In this document: positions 14,937 through 23,209 of the stretch, one piece after another
Layout: the number at the start of each line of letters is the position of its first letter
How positions within the stretch are numbered: the first letter of the stretch is position 1
Translations under genes and position numbers: made by a program
Notes under the pieces: model-generated
Databases searched by the model: none
Told to the model about the DNA's origin: nothing
The model's input: the letters and a program-made list of their open reading frames with translations, nothing else
IMG/VR virus record: IMGVR_UViG_3300025653_000068
Location: 1-43,199 of that record
From: a virus
Lineage: Duplodnaviria > Caudoviricetes
Reading direction: 5' to 3' (one strand)
Length of the DNA: 43,199 nt

Positions 14937-15529
14937 AATTGGACCCTCACGATTGCTTCAAAACCTATTTGTCAATCAAAAATCATTTCACTCAAGAAAA
15001 GTACGATTATCATAAGTACTGTGGAAAAACAAGATCGTCTTTGCAATCTTTTTACAAGAGAAAAGATAGATTCTTTTTTGAAAAAATGAGTCGCCAAAAA
15101 AGTGATGAACAGATCTTGAGTTTTTTTGTTGCAAACTTTTCAAGTGCTGAAGATCCACAATCTTTATGGATTGGTGATATTATCAAGGAAGGTGAATCGG
15201 TTTATTTAAACTGGCAGAAAAAATCACAATCATTAAAATACTGTTTTGAGCAAGAAATAAATGATCTCTTTTTAGATGATGATTTTGTCTCATTGTTTAA
15301 AATCAATGGTTCTTCTCATCCAAAGATCTTAAAAAAGTTCTTAAGAAAAGAAGTTTCTTTAGAGTCATTAGTTATTTTAGATAAGATTTTAAACTTCAGA
15401 CAAAGATTTGACAAAAAACTTACTGATCCAGTATGGCAGTTTGTTTCTCTCAAGATTAAAAAATATTCATCATTTATACATATTGATATATTTAAGTTTA
15501 AACGTATTTTAAAGGAGTGCTTAATATGA
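14933..15529 (+). CDS. g59: Helicase loader gp59
   Basis: YLSIKNHFT..YDY.KY.GK, FYKRKDRFFFEK, SLESLVILD. Confidence 0.9.
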   Translation: MKLDPHDCFKTYLSIKNHFTQEKYDYHKYCGKTRSSLQSFYKRKDRFFFEKMSRQKSDEQILSFFVANFSSAEDPQSLWIGDIIKEGESVYLNWQKKSQSLKYCFEQEINDLFLDDDFVSLFKINGSSHPKILKKFLRKEVSLESLVILDKILNFRQRFDKKLTDPVWQFVSLKIKKYSSFIHIDIFKFKRILKECLI

Positions 15530-15867
15530 CATTTTTTGATTCCGATCTTGTTAGAGCAGAACTAGCAGAGATCTCCGATCTTCAGGAAAATGTTTACAAA
15601 AACGTGTTTAACTTTTATAGAATGGATAAACAACAAAAAGTTAAACATGTTGATCTCCTTCAAAAGTTGCTAGAAAAGCAAAGAGTATTGTATACTCGTA
15701 TGAGTCTTTCTGATGATCCAGAAGCACAAGAGATTAAAAATAAAATTCTTGAATCTGCTAAGTCAATGGGTTTGGATGAAGGAGTTGACATTTCATTCAT
15801 GTTTGGTAACATGGAAAAAGCACTAGTCCAGATGAAGCAGGATATTGGCAGGCACACCGATCACTGA
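15526..15867 (+). CDS. Hypothetical protein (DUF1825-like)
   Basis: FFDSDLVRAEL...LLEKQRVLYTRMSLSDDPEA; AAGGAG RBS. Confidence 0.8.
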   Translation: MTFFDSDLVRAELAEISDLQENVYKNVFNFYRMDKQQKVKHVDLLQKLLEKQRVLYTRMSLSDDPEAQEIKNKILESAKSMGLDEGVDISFMFGNMEKALVQMKQDIGRHTDH

Positions 15868-15873
15868 TACACT
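15845..15873 (+). promoter_or_regulatory. Sigma70-type promoter for g32
   Basis: TTGGCA 15845-15850, 17 bp, TACACT 15868-15873. Confidence 0.65.
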
Positions 15874-15948
15874 ATTCTTATGCGGCTAGGGAATCCGCAC
15901 CAAAGCAAACCCAAACAGGCCAAATACTTACAAAAATACGAGGTTCAT

Positions 15949-16920
15949 ATGTCATTTGAAACCCTTAAGAAACAGTCCCGTCTAGGAACTCTTACTGAAA
16001 AACTTGTCAAAGAAGTTGAAAAAAGTTCTGCCCGTGGTTCTATCGATGACCGCCTTTGGAAACCAGAAATGGACAAAGGTGGCACTGGTTATGCCGTAAT
16101 CCGTTTTCTACCTGCACCCGAAGGTGAAGACATGCCATGGGCAAAAGTCTTCAGTCATGCTTTCCAAGGTCCTGGTGGTTGGTTGATTGACAACTGTCTG
16201 ACTACTAACGGAGGAAAGTGCCCAGTTTGTGTAGAAAACAATAAACTGTGGAACAGTGGTCTAGAGTCCGATAAAGATATCGCACGTAATCGTAAGCGTA
16301 AACTGTCTTACTATTCTAATATTTACGTTGTTAAGGATCCACTTCACCCAAAAAACGAGGGCAATGTGTTCCTCTATAAGTACGGTAAGAAAATCCATGA
16401 CAAGATTCTTGCTTCTATGCAACCAGAGTTTGAAGATGAAGAAGCAATCGATCCATTTGATTTCTGGACTGGTGCTAACTTTAAACTGAAGATCACCAAA
16501 GTTGCTGGATACTGGAACTATGATTCTTCTGAGTTTACTAGTCCTAATGCTCTACATGAAGATGACGATGTTTTGGAGTCTATCTGGAAAAAGCAGTATT
16601 CTCTAACTGCACTTGCTGCTGACAGCGAGTTTAAGTCTTACGAAGATCTTGAAAAGCGTCTAAATACGGTTCTTGGAGTTGGTAAGGTTGCACCCAAGTC
16701 TCAATCTTTTGATGAAGAGGAACAATATGAAGAATTGTCCCACAAACCTACTAAGACTGATAATGTAATGGAAGAACTAGAAAAAGCTGCTCGATCTTCC
16801 CGATCACCTGAACCACCTGAATCCATGAAGCGAGAACTTGCTAATCTATCTTCTATGGTTGATGAGGATGAAGATGATGCGATGTCAATGTTTAATGCTC
16901 TAGCAAATGATGATTTTTAA
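15949..16920 (+). CDS. g32: Single-stranded DNA-binding protein gp32
   Basis: GYAVIRFLPAP, HAFQGPGGW, NCLTT..CPVC Zn site, YKYGKKI, acidic tail; start ATG 15949 after GAGG. Confidence 0.97.
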   Translation: MSFETLKKQSRLGTLTEKLVKEVEKSSARGSIDDRLWKPEMDKGGTGYAVIRFLPAPEGEDMPWAKVFSHAFQGPGGWLIDNCLTTNGGKCPVCVENNKLWNSGLESDKDIARNRKRKLSYYSNIYVVKDPLHPKNEGNVFLYKYGKKIHDKILASMQPEFEDEEAIDPFDFWTGANFKLKITKVAGYWNYDSSEFTSPNALHEDDDVLESIWKKQYSLTALAADSEFKSYEDLEKRLNTVLGVGKVAPKSQSFDEEEQYEELSHKPTKTDNVMEELEKAARSSRSPEPPESMKRELANLSSMVDEDEDDAMSMFNALANDDF

Positions 16921-17588
16921 TCAAATAGTTTAGCATTAAATCCTTTTTTGAGGGTTCTGGACACATATTGTTCAGAACCTTTTTTATAATCCATTATTTC
17001 TTCAATGTCATCAAATAAAACACTAAGATACTTTGGTTTTAATGTAAATATAGTTCTTTTTTTCTCTTCTATTCTCGATTCATATTCATAGTTTGTCACT
17101 GGTACTGTGATGTTTTCTCTAAGAACCTGTCCATCTCTAGATGAATAGTATTCTATAGAAAAAGTTCTATCTACATGAAGACCACCAGGAGAAACTATTG
17201 TACCAGTCTCATCTTTTTGTTCTATTGATTCATAGTGATGAACTCCATATAGATTTTCATAACTACCATATTTTTTGAGCATTAGTTCATCAAAACTTTC
17301 TTGTGGTAGTGGCCATTCGTTTTGTAAGTTTAAAATATTGTTTGATAATAAAACTACCCAGTCTAGAGTCGATTCTCCATATAGATCATACGCCACGTTA
17401 TCTGGTCTTTGATTGCCAACTATAAAATACTTGGTAAAATAGTTGACGTTTTTGAAAATCTCTTTTCTGATTTGTCCTCTTTTAAAGAGATTTTTTACGG
17501 TGATATAGTTTCTAACACTATCACTACTTGGGTTTACGTTGATGTAATCAAAGTTAGGAACTTGTCTGAAGTAAGGTCTTAATGCCAT
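16917..17588 (-). CDS. g53: Baseplate wedge subunit gp53
   Basis: YFRQVPNFDY, RPDNVAYDLYG...WVVLLSNNI..EWP, HHYE, VTNYEYE. Confidence 0.9.
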   Translation of the reverse strand: MALRPYFRQVPNFDYINVNPSSDSVRNYITVKNLFKRGQIRKEIFKNVNYFTKYFIVGNQRPDNVAYDLYGESTLDWVVLLSNNILNLQNEWPLPQESFDELMLKKYGSYENLYGVHHYESIEQKDETGTIVSPGGLHVDRTFSIEYYSSRDGQVLRENITVPVTNYEYESRIEEKKRTIFTLKPKYLSVLFDDIEEIMDYKKGSEQYVSRTLKKGFNAKLFD

Positions 17589-17590
17589 TT

Positions 17591-18841
17591 TTAGTACCCC
17601 ATACCGCTAGAGTTTTCTTGATCATCTCTATAGATTGGTTCAAGTTCTGAGAATGTTAGACTTAGATTGTACGATGTCATCGATCCATCCGCATATGTCA
17701 TGTAAGATCCATCAGGAGTATAGTCAGTAGTGATGTTTGTTAGGGCACAAGTTTTGATGTTGTTTAAGAATGGATGAGGTGCTCCAGTTTCTCCAAAGAT
17801 ATACTGCAGATCAAACACATTTGGAGATTTTAAAAACAATCCAGTATTTGCTTTTTGTACAGCAGATTCTTTTTTTAGTACTCTTATAATATTTCGTATA
17901 TTATTTGCTTCTGATTGTTCTCTTGGAGTAAACTTATAGTTATATGAGAATGTTCTAAGTGATGGACCTTGAAAGAGCATTTCAAGGTTGTTATTTAAAA
18001 CTGCACCAGTTTGTCGTGTAACGACATTTGCACCAACTGCTTGACCAGCAAAATATGCTGTAATATACGCTCCAAGACCTTCTGTAGCTAAAAGATCATC
18101 GGCAAATGCTTTAGAATCTGTGATAAGACCTTTAAAAGCATCTACAAATTTTCCATCACCTAAACTATTAATAGCGTTTGCTGCTGCTCCTGCTGCTCTT
18201 GCTTGAAAAACATTCATTCCATCCTGGTTCCAAGAGACTGCATTACTATCCCTAATACCTGGTTGCATTGGTAAGAAAATGGTTGTTCCGAGGGATTTTT
18301 TTCTTCCAGCAGACTCTGTAGATGCAGTATTAAAATCATCTCTAGGCAAACCAGGAGGGATATATTCAATAACAGTTATTTTTAAATAATCAAGTTCAGC
18401 ATCTCTTTTAAGTGGATATGATAGAGATGTTATTGGTGCGATTCTTCTTTTGACTGTTGGTGTAGCATCATTCAATACTGAAGTTGCACCAACATTTAAA
18501 GCAGCCGCATCTTCAAAAGGAATAAAACTACTATCCGACCAATAATCCGATGCGTTTTTGATTGTATTACTATAAGTTGGATTATTTACCAGTTCTTCCA
18601 TAAAAAAATCTGGAGCACCCAACTGAAAAGAATCTCCAGTATTTAAGTTATAATCTGCCCAACTTATAGATCCATCAGCGTTAAAATAGTTTGCACCAGT
18701 AGACACCTCATTGTTACTTAAAGGTATTTCTGGTGTTCGATTTATTTGTACTTGAGACCCAGTGTCATTTTTTGCTTCAACATTAAATGATAAACCATCA
18801 ATAAGGGTTGTGGGACTTACACTACCTTGACTTAATGCCAT
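17591..18841 (-). CDS. g48: Baseplate tail-tube cap gp48
   Basis: IFLPM, NNNLEMLFQGPSLRTFSYNYKFTPR, LTFSELEPI. Confidence 0.85.
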   Translation of the reverse strand: MALSQGSVSPTTLIDGLSFNVEAKNDTGSQVQINRTPEIPLSNNEVSTGANYFNADGSISWADYNLNTGDSFQLGAPDFFMEELVNNPTYSNTIKNASDYWSDSSFIPFEDAAALNVGATSVLNDATPTVKRRIAPITSLSYPLKRDAELDYLKITVIEYIPPGLPRDDFNTASTESAGRKKSLGTTIFLPMQPGIRDSNAVSWNQDGMNVFQARAAGAAANAINSLGDGKFVDAFKGLITDSKAFADDLLATEGLGAYITAYFAGQAVGANVVTRQTGAVLNNNLEMLFQGPSLRTFSYNYKFTPREQSEANNIRNIIRVLKKESAVQKANTGLFLKSPNVFDLQYIFGETGAPHPFLNNIKTCALTNITTDYTPDGSYMTYADGSMTSYNLSLTFSELEPIYRDDQENSSGMGY

Positions 18842-18856
18842 TTACACTATTTTTAG

Positions 18857-19312
18857 TTATTTATAGGGGTTTAGTTCGTCTTCTGTTATAATCTTAAACT
18901 CTATCATATGGTCTTCGCACCATTCTTTAGCAGCTTTCCATTTTGCTATATTTTTATTGTACATCATTACTTCATTGATGAAAGTTTTCTTTTGCTTTCC
19001 TTTTGTCTGCTTTGGTTCTATAGTTTGTTTTTTTGGTTTAACTTCTACAAGGTATTTTTTAATATTGCCACTATTTTCTTTAATCTTTACAATGAAGTCA
19101 GGAAAATATCTACGGACTTTGTTTGTCGTAGGATCAAAGTAAGGAATAAAAAACTCTTCACTACCCCATTCCATTATCTTCTCGTTTAGATCACAGTATC
19201 TCATGAACTTAAGTTCCCAAGAAGATCTATAAACTATATTACTTGGGTTTCCTTTATATTTTTCTGGATGCTTAGGATGAAACTTTCCCTGATGATATTT
19301 GCTTTCTCGCAT
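18857..19312 (-). CDS. g4: Head completion nuclease gp4
   Basis: KYKGNP.NIVYRSSWE, WGSEE, RRYFPDF, VEVKPKKQT, AKWKAA, FKIITEDEL. Confidence 0.93.
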   Translation of the reverse strand: MRESKYHQGKFHPKHPEKYKGNPSNIVYRSSWELKFMRYCDLNEKIMEWGSEEFFIPYFDPTTNKVRRYFPDFIVKIKENSGNIKKYLVEVKPKKQTIEPKQTKGKQKKTFINEVMMYNKNIAKWKAAKEWCEDHMIEFKIITEDELNPYK

Positions 19313-19344
19313 ACATAATATATAAGATCAAAAAGTATTTATAA

Positions 19345-20205
19345 ATGTCTGCTGTACCCCCAAAGAGTTATAGTATAAGTGACTTTAAATCTAGGGCATT
19401 ACACCTTGCACAGACTTCGTTATACCAGCTTACCATAGTTCCTCCACCAAGAATATTTCAACAGACTGAAAATATTAGTTTGTTGTGCCATGAAGCAACT
19501 TTGCCTGGATCATCATTAGCAACTCATCAAGTAACTAATGATCATCATGGTGTTACTGAGAAGATGGCATATAGAAGGATGTATGATGAATCATTTAACT
19601 TAACATTTTATGTTGACCATCAATATAATGTGGTTGACTTTTTTGAAAAGTGGATTGAGTTTGTTGTTGGGCAGGGATATACTCAATCAAGAAATGCTTA
19701 TAGAGAAGATACTGCATTTTATAGAATGACATACCCTATAGACTATAAGCAAACAGTTTATATAAGTAAGTTTGAAAAGGACTATTTTAAACCAGGTAAA
19801 GCACCATTAGAACCATCAAAACGTGGTGGATCTAACTTAGAATACGAACTTATAGGAGCTTTTCCTTACAATATAGTTTCTATGCCAGTATCGTATAATC
19901 AAAGTGATATTTTAAAGTGTTCTGTTGGTTTCTATTTTACACGTTATGTTGTTGAGAAGAAAGGAACTGTTAGGTTCAGAGCACCTGGGTTTGCAAACTC
20001 AGGAAATCCTAATACTCAAACAACTCCTCCAGGTACTGTTCAAAGACCAATAAATGCTTTTGATTATAGTAAAGTGACTGGATTTAGATTTGATGAATAC
20101 TATAATAACTTTGGTGTTGATGCTCAAGATAATACTAACTTTGGAAACTTTTTTAATGGTAGAACAGTTGATCAAGGAGTATTTGGAGCAGAAGCACAAG
20201 CATAA
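19345..20205 (+). CDS. Tail-tube initiator / gp54-like (tube fold) protein
   Basis: LLCHEATLPG, YRRMYD..NLTFYVD, FEKWIEF, AFPYNI.SMPVSY; position before g26. Confidence 0.7.
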   Translation: MSAVPPKSYSISDFKSRALHLAQTSLYQLTIVPPPRIFQQTENISLLCHEATLPGSSLATHQVTNDHHGVTEKMAYRRMYDESFNLTFYVDHQYNVVDFFEKWIEFVVGQGYTQSRNAYREDTAFYRMTYPIDYKQTVYISKFEKDYFKPGKAPLEPSKRGGSNLEYELIGAFPYNIVSMPVSYNQSDILKCSVGFYFTRYVVEKKGTVRFRAPGFANSGNPNTQTTPPGTVQRPINAFDYSKVTGFRFDEYYNNFGVDAQDNTNFGNFFNGRTVDQGVFGAEAQA

Positions 20206-20238
20206 CCCTACTAAATACATGTACTGATACATCAAATT

Positions 20239-20955
20239 ATGCCTTTACCAAAAATTGTAACGCCAACTTATGAACTTGAGTTGCCATCTACAGGAAAATC
20301 TGTTAAGTATAGACCTTTCTTAGTGAAGGAAGAAAAAGTTCTTCTCATTGCCATGGAAAGTGAAGATGTTAAACAGATTACTAATGCACTAAAGCAAGTA
20401 TTGAAGTCCTGCATCTTAACAAGAGGTGTTAAAATTGAAGAACTTCCTACTTTTGATATTGAATATTTGTTTTTAAATATTAGAGGGAAGTCTGTTGGTG
20501 AAGAGATTGAAGTAAATCTGATCGCTCCAGATGACGGAGAAACTTCAGTGTCTGTAACTATTAATGTAGAAGACATTGGTATTGAAAGACCAGAAAACCA
20601 TGAAAAAACTATCAAACTAGACTCAAATCTAAGAATGGAGATGAAGTATCCATCTCTAGATGAGTTTATTAAAAACAACTTTGACTTTCAAGAGCAAACC
20701 TTAGATCAGTCATTTGAACTTATTGCTGGTTGTGTGGATAAGATCTATAATGAAGAAGAAGTTTGGTCTTCTGCTGACTGTACTAAGAAAGACATTATTG
20801 AGTTCTTGGGTCAAATGAATAGTATTCAATTTAAGGCGGTTGATGAGTTTTTCAATACCATGCCAAAACTTTCTCATAAAGTAACTTTTACAAATCCAAA
20901 TACTGGAGTTGAAAATGTTGTTAAGTTGGAGGGACTAGCAAGTTTTTTCGGTTAG
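20239..20955 (+). CDS. g26: Baseplate hub assembly protein gp26
   Basis: MPLPKI.TPTYELELPSTG..KYRPFLVKEEK, FDIEYLFLNIRGKSVGE, FFNTMPKL, LEGLASFF. Confidence 0.93.
   Translation: MPLPKIVTPTYELELPSTGKSVKYRPFLVKEEKVLLIAMESEDVKQITNALKQVLKSCILTRGVKIEELPTFDIEYLFLNIRGKSVGEEIEVNLIAPDDGETSVSVTINVEDIGIERPENHEKTIKLDSNLRMEMKYPSLDEFIKNNFDFQEQTLDQSFELIAGCVDKIYNEEEVWSSADCTKKDIIEFLGQMNSIQFKAVDEFFNTMPKLSHKVTFTNPNTGVENVVKLEGLASFFG
20943..20949 (+). other. Candidate -1 ribosomal frameshift heptamer T-TTT-TTC
   Basis: In-frame X-XXY-YYZ two codons before the g26 stop; the -1 frame reads CGG TTA GGA ATG directly into g51. Confidence 0.6.
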
Positions 20956-20957
20956 GA

Positions 20958-21131
20958 ATGGTTTACATGGATCTAGAAAACTATTTTCAAATTAGTTTTT
21001 CTATGATTCAGTACCATAAATATTCATTAACAGAATATGAGAACTTAATGCCTTGGGAAAGAGATATTTACGTTGGAATGTTGATTAATCATTTAGAGGA
21101 AGAAAAACTAAAACAACAACAGTCCCAATGA
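20958..21131 (+). CDS. g51: Baseplate hub assembly catalyst gp51-like, 57 aa (not in ORF track)
   Basis: LENYFQISFSMIQYHKYSLTEYENLMPWERDIYVGML; ATGA-coupled to next gene. Confidence 0.85.
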   Translation: MVYMDLENYFQISFSMIQYHKYSLTEYENLMPWERDIYVGMLINHLEEEKLKQQQSQ

Positions 21132-23209
21132 AGAAAGAAGACGAACAAAAACTAGATTCTCTTTTAGATGACATAAGATCTGGAAATGATGGGAAAATCG
21201 TGGTTAGTAAAAAAATTAACCCCCAAAAACTTTTACCAAATACTACCAAAACTGACGATCAAAAATCTGATGATAAGACTCTTAAGTCTATACAAAAAGA
21301 GTTAGTTGAGATTAAGAATAGTGTTAACGCTATAGTAGAAGCTTTTAAAAAGCAAAATCAACTTGCCAAGTCTTCAATGGAAAGACAGAGGCAAGACAAA
21401 AATATTCAAAGAAAAAAAAGTAGAGAAAAGTCTTTAGAATCTAAATCCGGCGCGAAAAACGCAGGTGATAAAATAGAAAAAGCAATATCACCATTTGCAG
21501 ATTTCTTTGAAAAAATAATGAACTTTTTTAAGTTCATTCTTCTTGGGGGATTTTTCAAAGGACTTCTTAATATTATAAAAAATCCTAAAATATTATTAAA
21601 ACCATTACAGAACATCATCAATAGTATTGTTGGATTCTTTAATGGGATTATTAAATGGATTGATGATAATGTCATTGGTCCAATAAGAACTCTTATTGAT
21701 TATGTAAATGGTGGAATAAAAAATATAGTTAATACTATTAATGATATTATCAAAGCATTACCAAGTTGGTTACCAAAACCAGATTTAATAGATAATCCTC
21801 CAGCAATACCTCAGATACCCAATCTTCCCCAAATACCTGAAGCGACTTTTGCTAATAGTCCAGCAAAGACTATACCAGTAGTTCCTCAGTTTGAAAAAGG
21901 TGGTGAAGTACAAAATGTTAGTAACTATAATAATGTTACTAATAGTACAAACAATAATGTTACTAATAGTACAAACAATAATGTTACTAATGTTACTAAT
22001 AGTACAAACAATATAACTAATAATAGTATTAAAGATGGATCGACTGTTCTCCCGAGAAATAACTCCATTCTCCCGAGAAATAACTCCATCAGTAACTATA
22101 ATAATGTTACTAATAGTACAAACAATAATGTTACTAATAGTACAAACAATATAACTAATAATAGTATTAAAGCTGGATCGACTGTTCTCCCGAGAAATAA
22201 CTCCATTCTCCCGAGAAATAACTCCATCAACGTTAATGATTTGTCATTTGCAAATGGTGGTCAAATCGAAAATGATACTGGACTTACGATTACTGGTTTG
22301 GGTAAAGACACTCAGTTGATTGCTGCTCAACCTGGAGAGGTTGTTATTAATGCTAAAGCAGCTGAAAACTATGGTGTTGGTAAGTTATTGACAATCAATG
22401 ACAAATATGGTGGACCAGTAGCAAATAAACCCAGAGACGTTGCTTCTAATAAGATTAAAGCAATGGCAAGTGGTGGTTATGCTGGTGGGAAGATTAAGTA
22501 TTTTAGTGTTAATGGTGGAGGAAACAAACTTTTAAATTCTGGTCAAACTTATACTTACAGTGACTTAAGGATGCATCATAGTGGTCCAACCACTAGGAGA
22601 ACTGATGGATATCCAAAAGACTATACATTATTGCATGGAACTGATCTATCATCATCTCCAAATGCAGATGTTCCAGTACCATTAGATTCTGAAGTTATAT
22701 TTAAAAATCAAGCTGGAGGATATGGAAACACTGTAGTTGTTAAGAATGCTACGGGAAATATGCTTTTTGCCCACCTTAGTAGAATGGGCAACTTTGGTGT
22801 GGGGGATAAAATAAAAGCAGGAACTATTATTGGAACTCAAGGAAGTACTGGTGGAAACTATGCTGACCATTTACATATGGATGCAGAACCTGCAGGACAT
22901 GAAGCATTTGTTAACTATATTACTTCGGGAAAACCAACATTCGGATCAACATCTGCAGCAGGTGAATCATCTTCGGGGGAAATAGAGACTGAAATGACTA
23001 GATCTGGAAGTCTCCAGATTCCATCTGCAGAGAATGTTAATAATGGAATGAATTTTCTTAGATCTATTGGACCTGTTCCTGGTCAGGTTAAGTCTGGTGG
23101 AGGTGTAGCAAATACACCAAACCAGAAATCTGTCCCATCATTCAGCTCTATTGATCCCGCTAATCCTTCTTTGTTGGTCGTAAAATCTATCTATAATCTT
23201 GTAGGATAA
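21128..23209 (+). CDS. Tape-measure-like virion protein with M23-family peptidase domain
   Basis: Coiled-coil and amphipathic N-half; GYGNTVVV, LFAHLS, IGTQGSTG, DHLH near C-terminus. Confidence 0.75.
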   Translation: MKKEDEQKLDSLLDDIRSGNDGKIVVSKKINPQKLLPNTTKTDDQKSDDKTLKSIQKELVEIKNSVNAIVEAFKKQNQLAKSSMERQRQDKNIQRKKSREKSLESKSGAKNAGDKIEKAISPFADFFEKIMNFFKFILLGGFFKGLLNIIKNPKILLKPLQNIINSIVGFFNGIIKWIDDNVIGPIRTLIDYVNGGIKNIVNTINDIIKALPSWLPKPDLIDNPPAIPQIPNLPQIPEATFANSPAKTIPVVPQFEKGGEVQNVSNYNNVTNSTNNNVTNSTNNNVTNVTNSTNNITNNSIKDGSTVLPRNNSILPRNNSISNYNNVTNSTNNNVTNSTNNITNNSIKAGSTVLPRNNSILPRNNSINVNDLSFANGGQIENDTGLTITGLGKDTQLIAAQPGEVVINAKAAENYGVGKLLTINDKYGGPVANKPRDVASNKIKAMASGGYAGGKIKYFSVNGGGNKLLNSGQTYTYSDLRMHHSGPTTRRTDGYPKDYTLLHGTDLSSSPNADVPVPLDSEVIFKNQAGGYGNTVVVKNATGNMLFAHLSRMGNFGVGDKIKAGTIIGTQGSTGGNYADHLHMDAEPAGHEAFVNYITSGKPTFGSTSAAGESSSGEIETEMTRSGSLQIPSAENVNNGMNFLRSIGPVPGQVKSGGGVANTPNQKSVPSFSSIDPANPSLLVVKSIYNLVG
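21920..22228 (+). repeat. Nested in-frame tandem duplication (171-bp and 138-bp units with internal 24- and 21-bp repeats)
   Basis: SNYNNVTNSTNN...STVLPRNNSILPRNNSI occurs twice, almost identical at DNA level. Confidence 0.95.
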
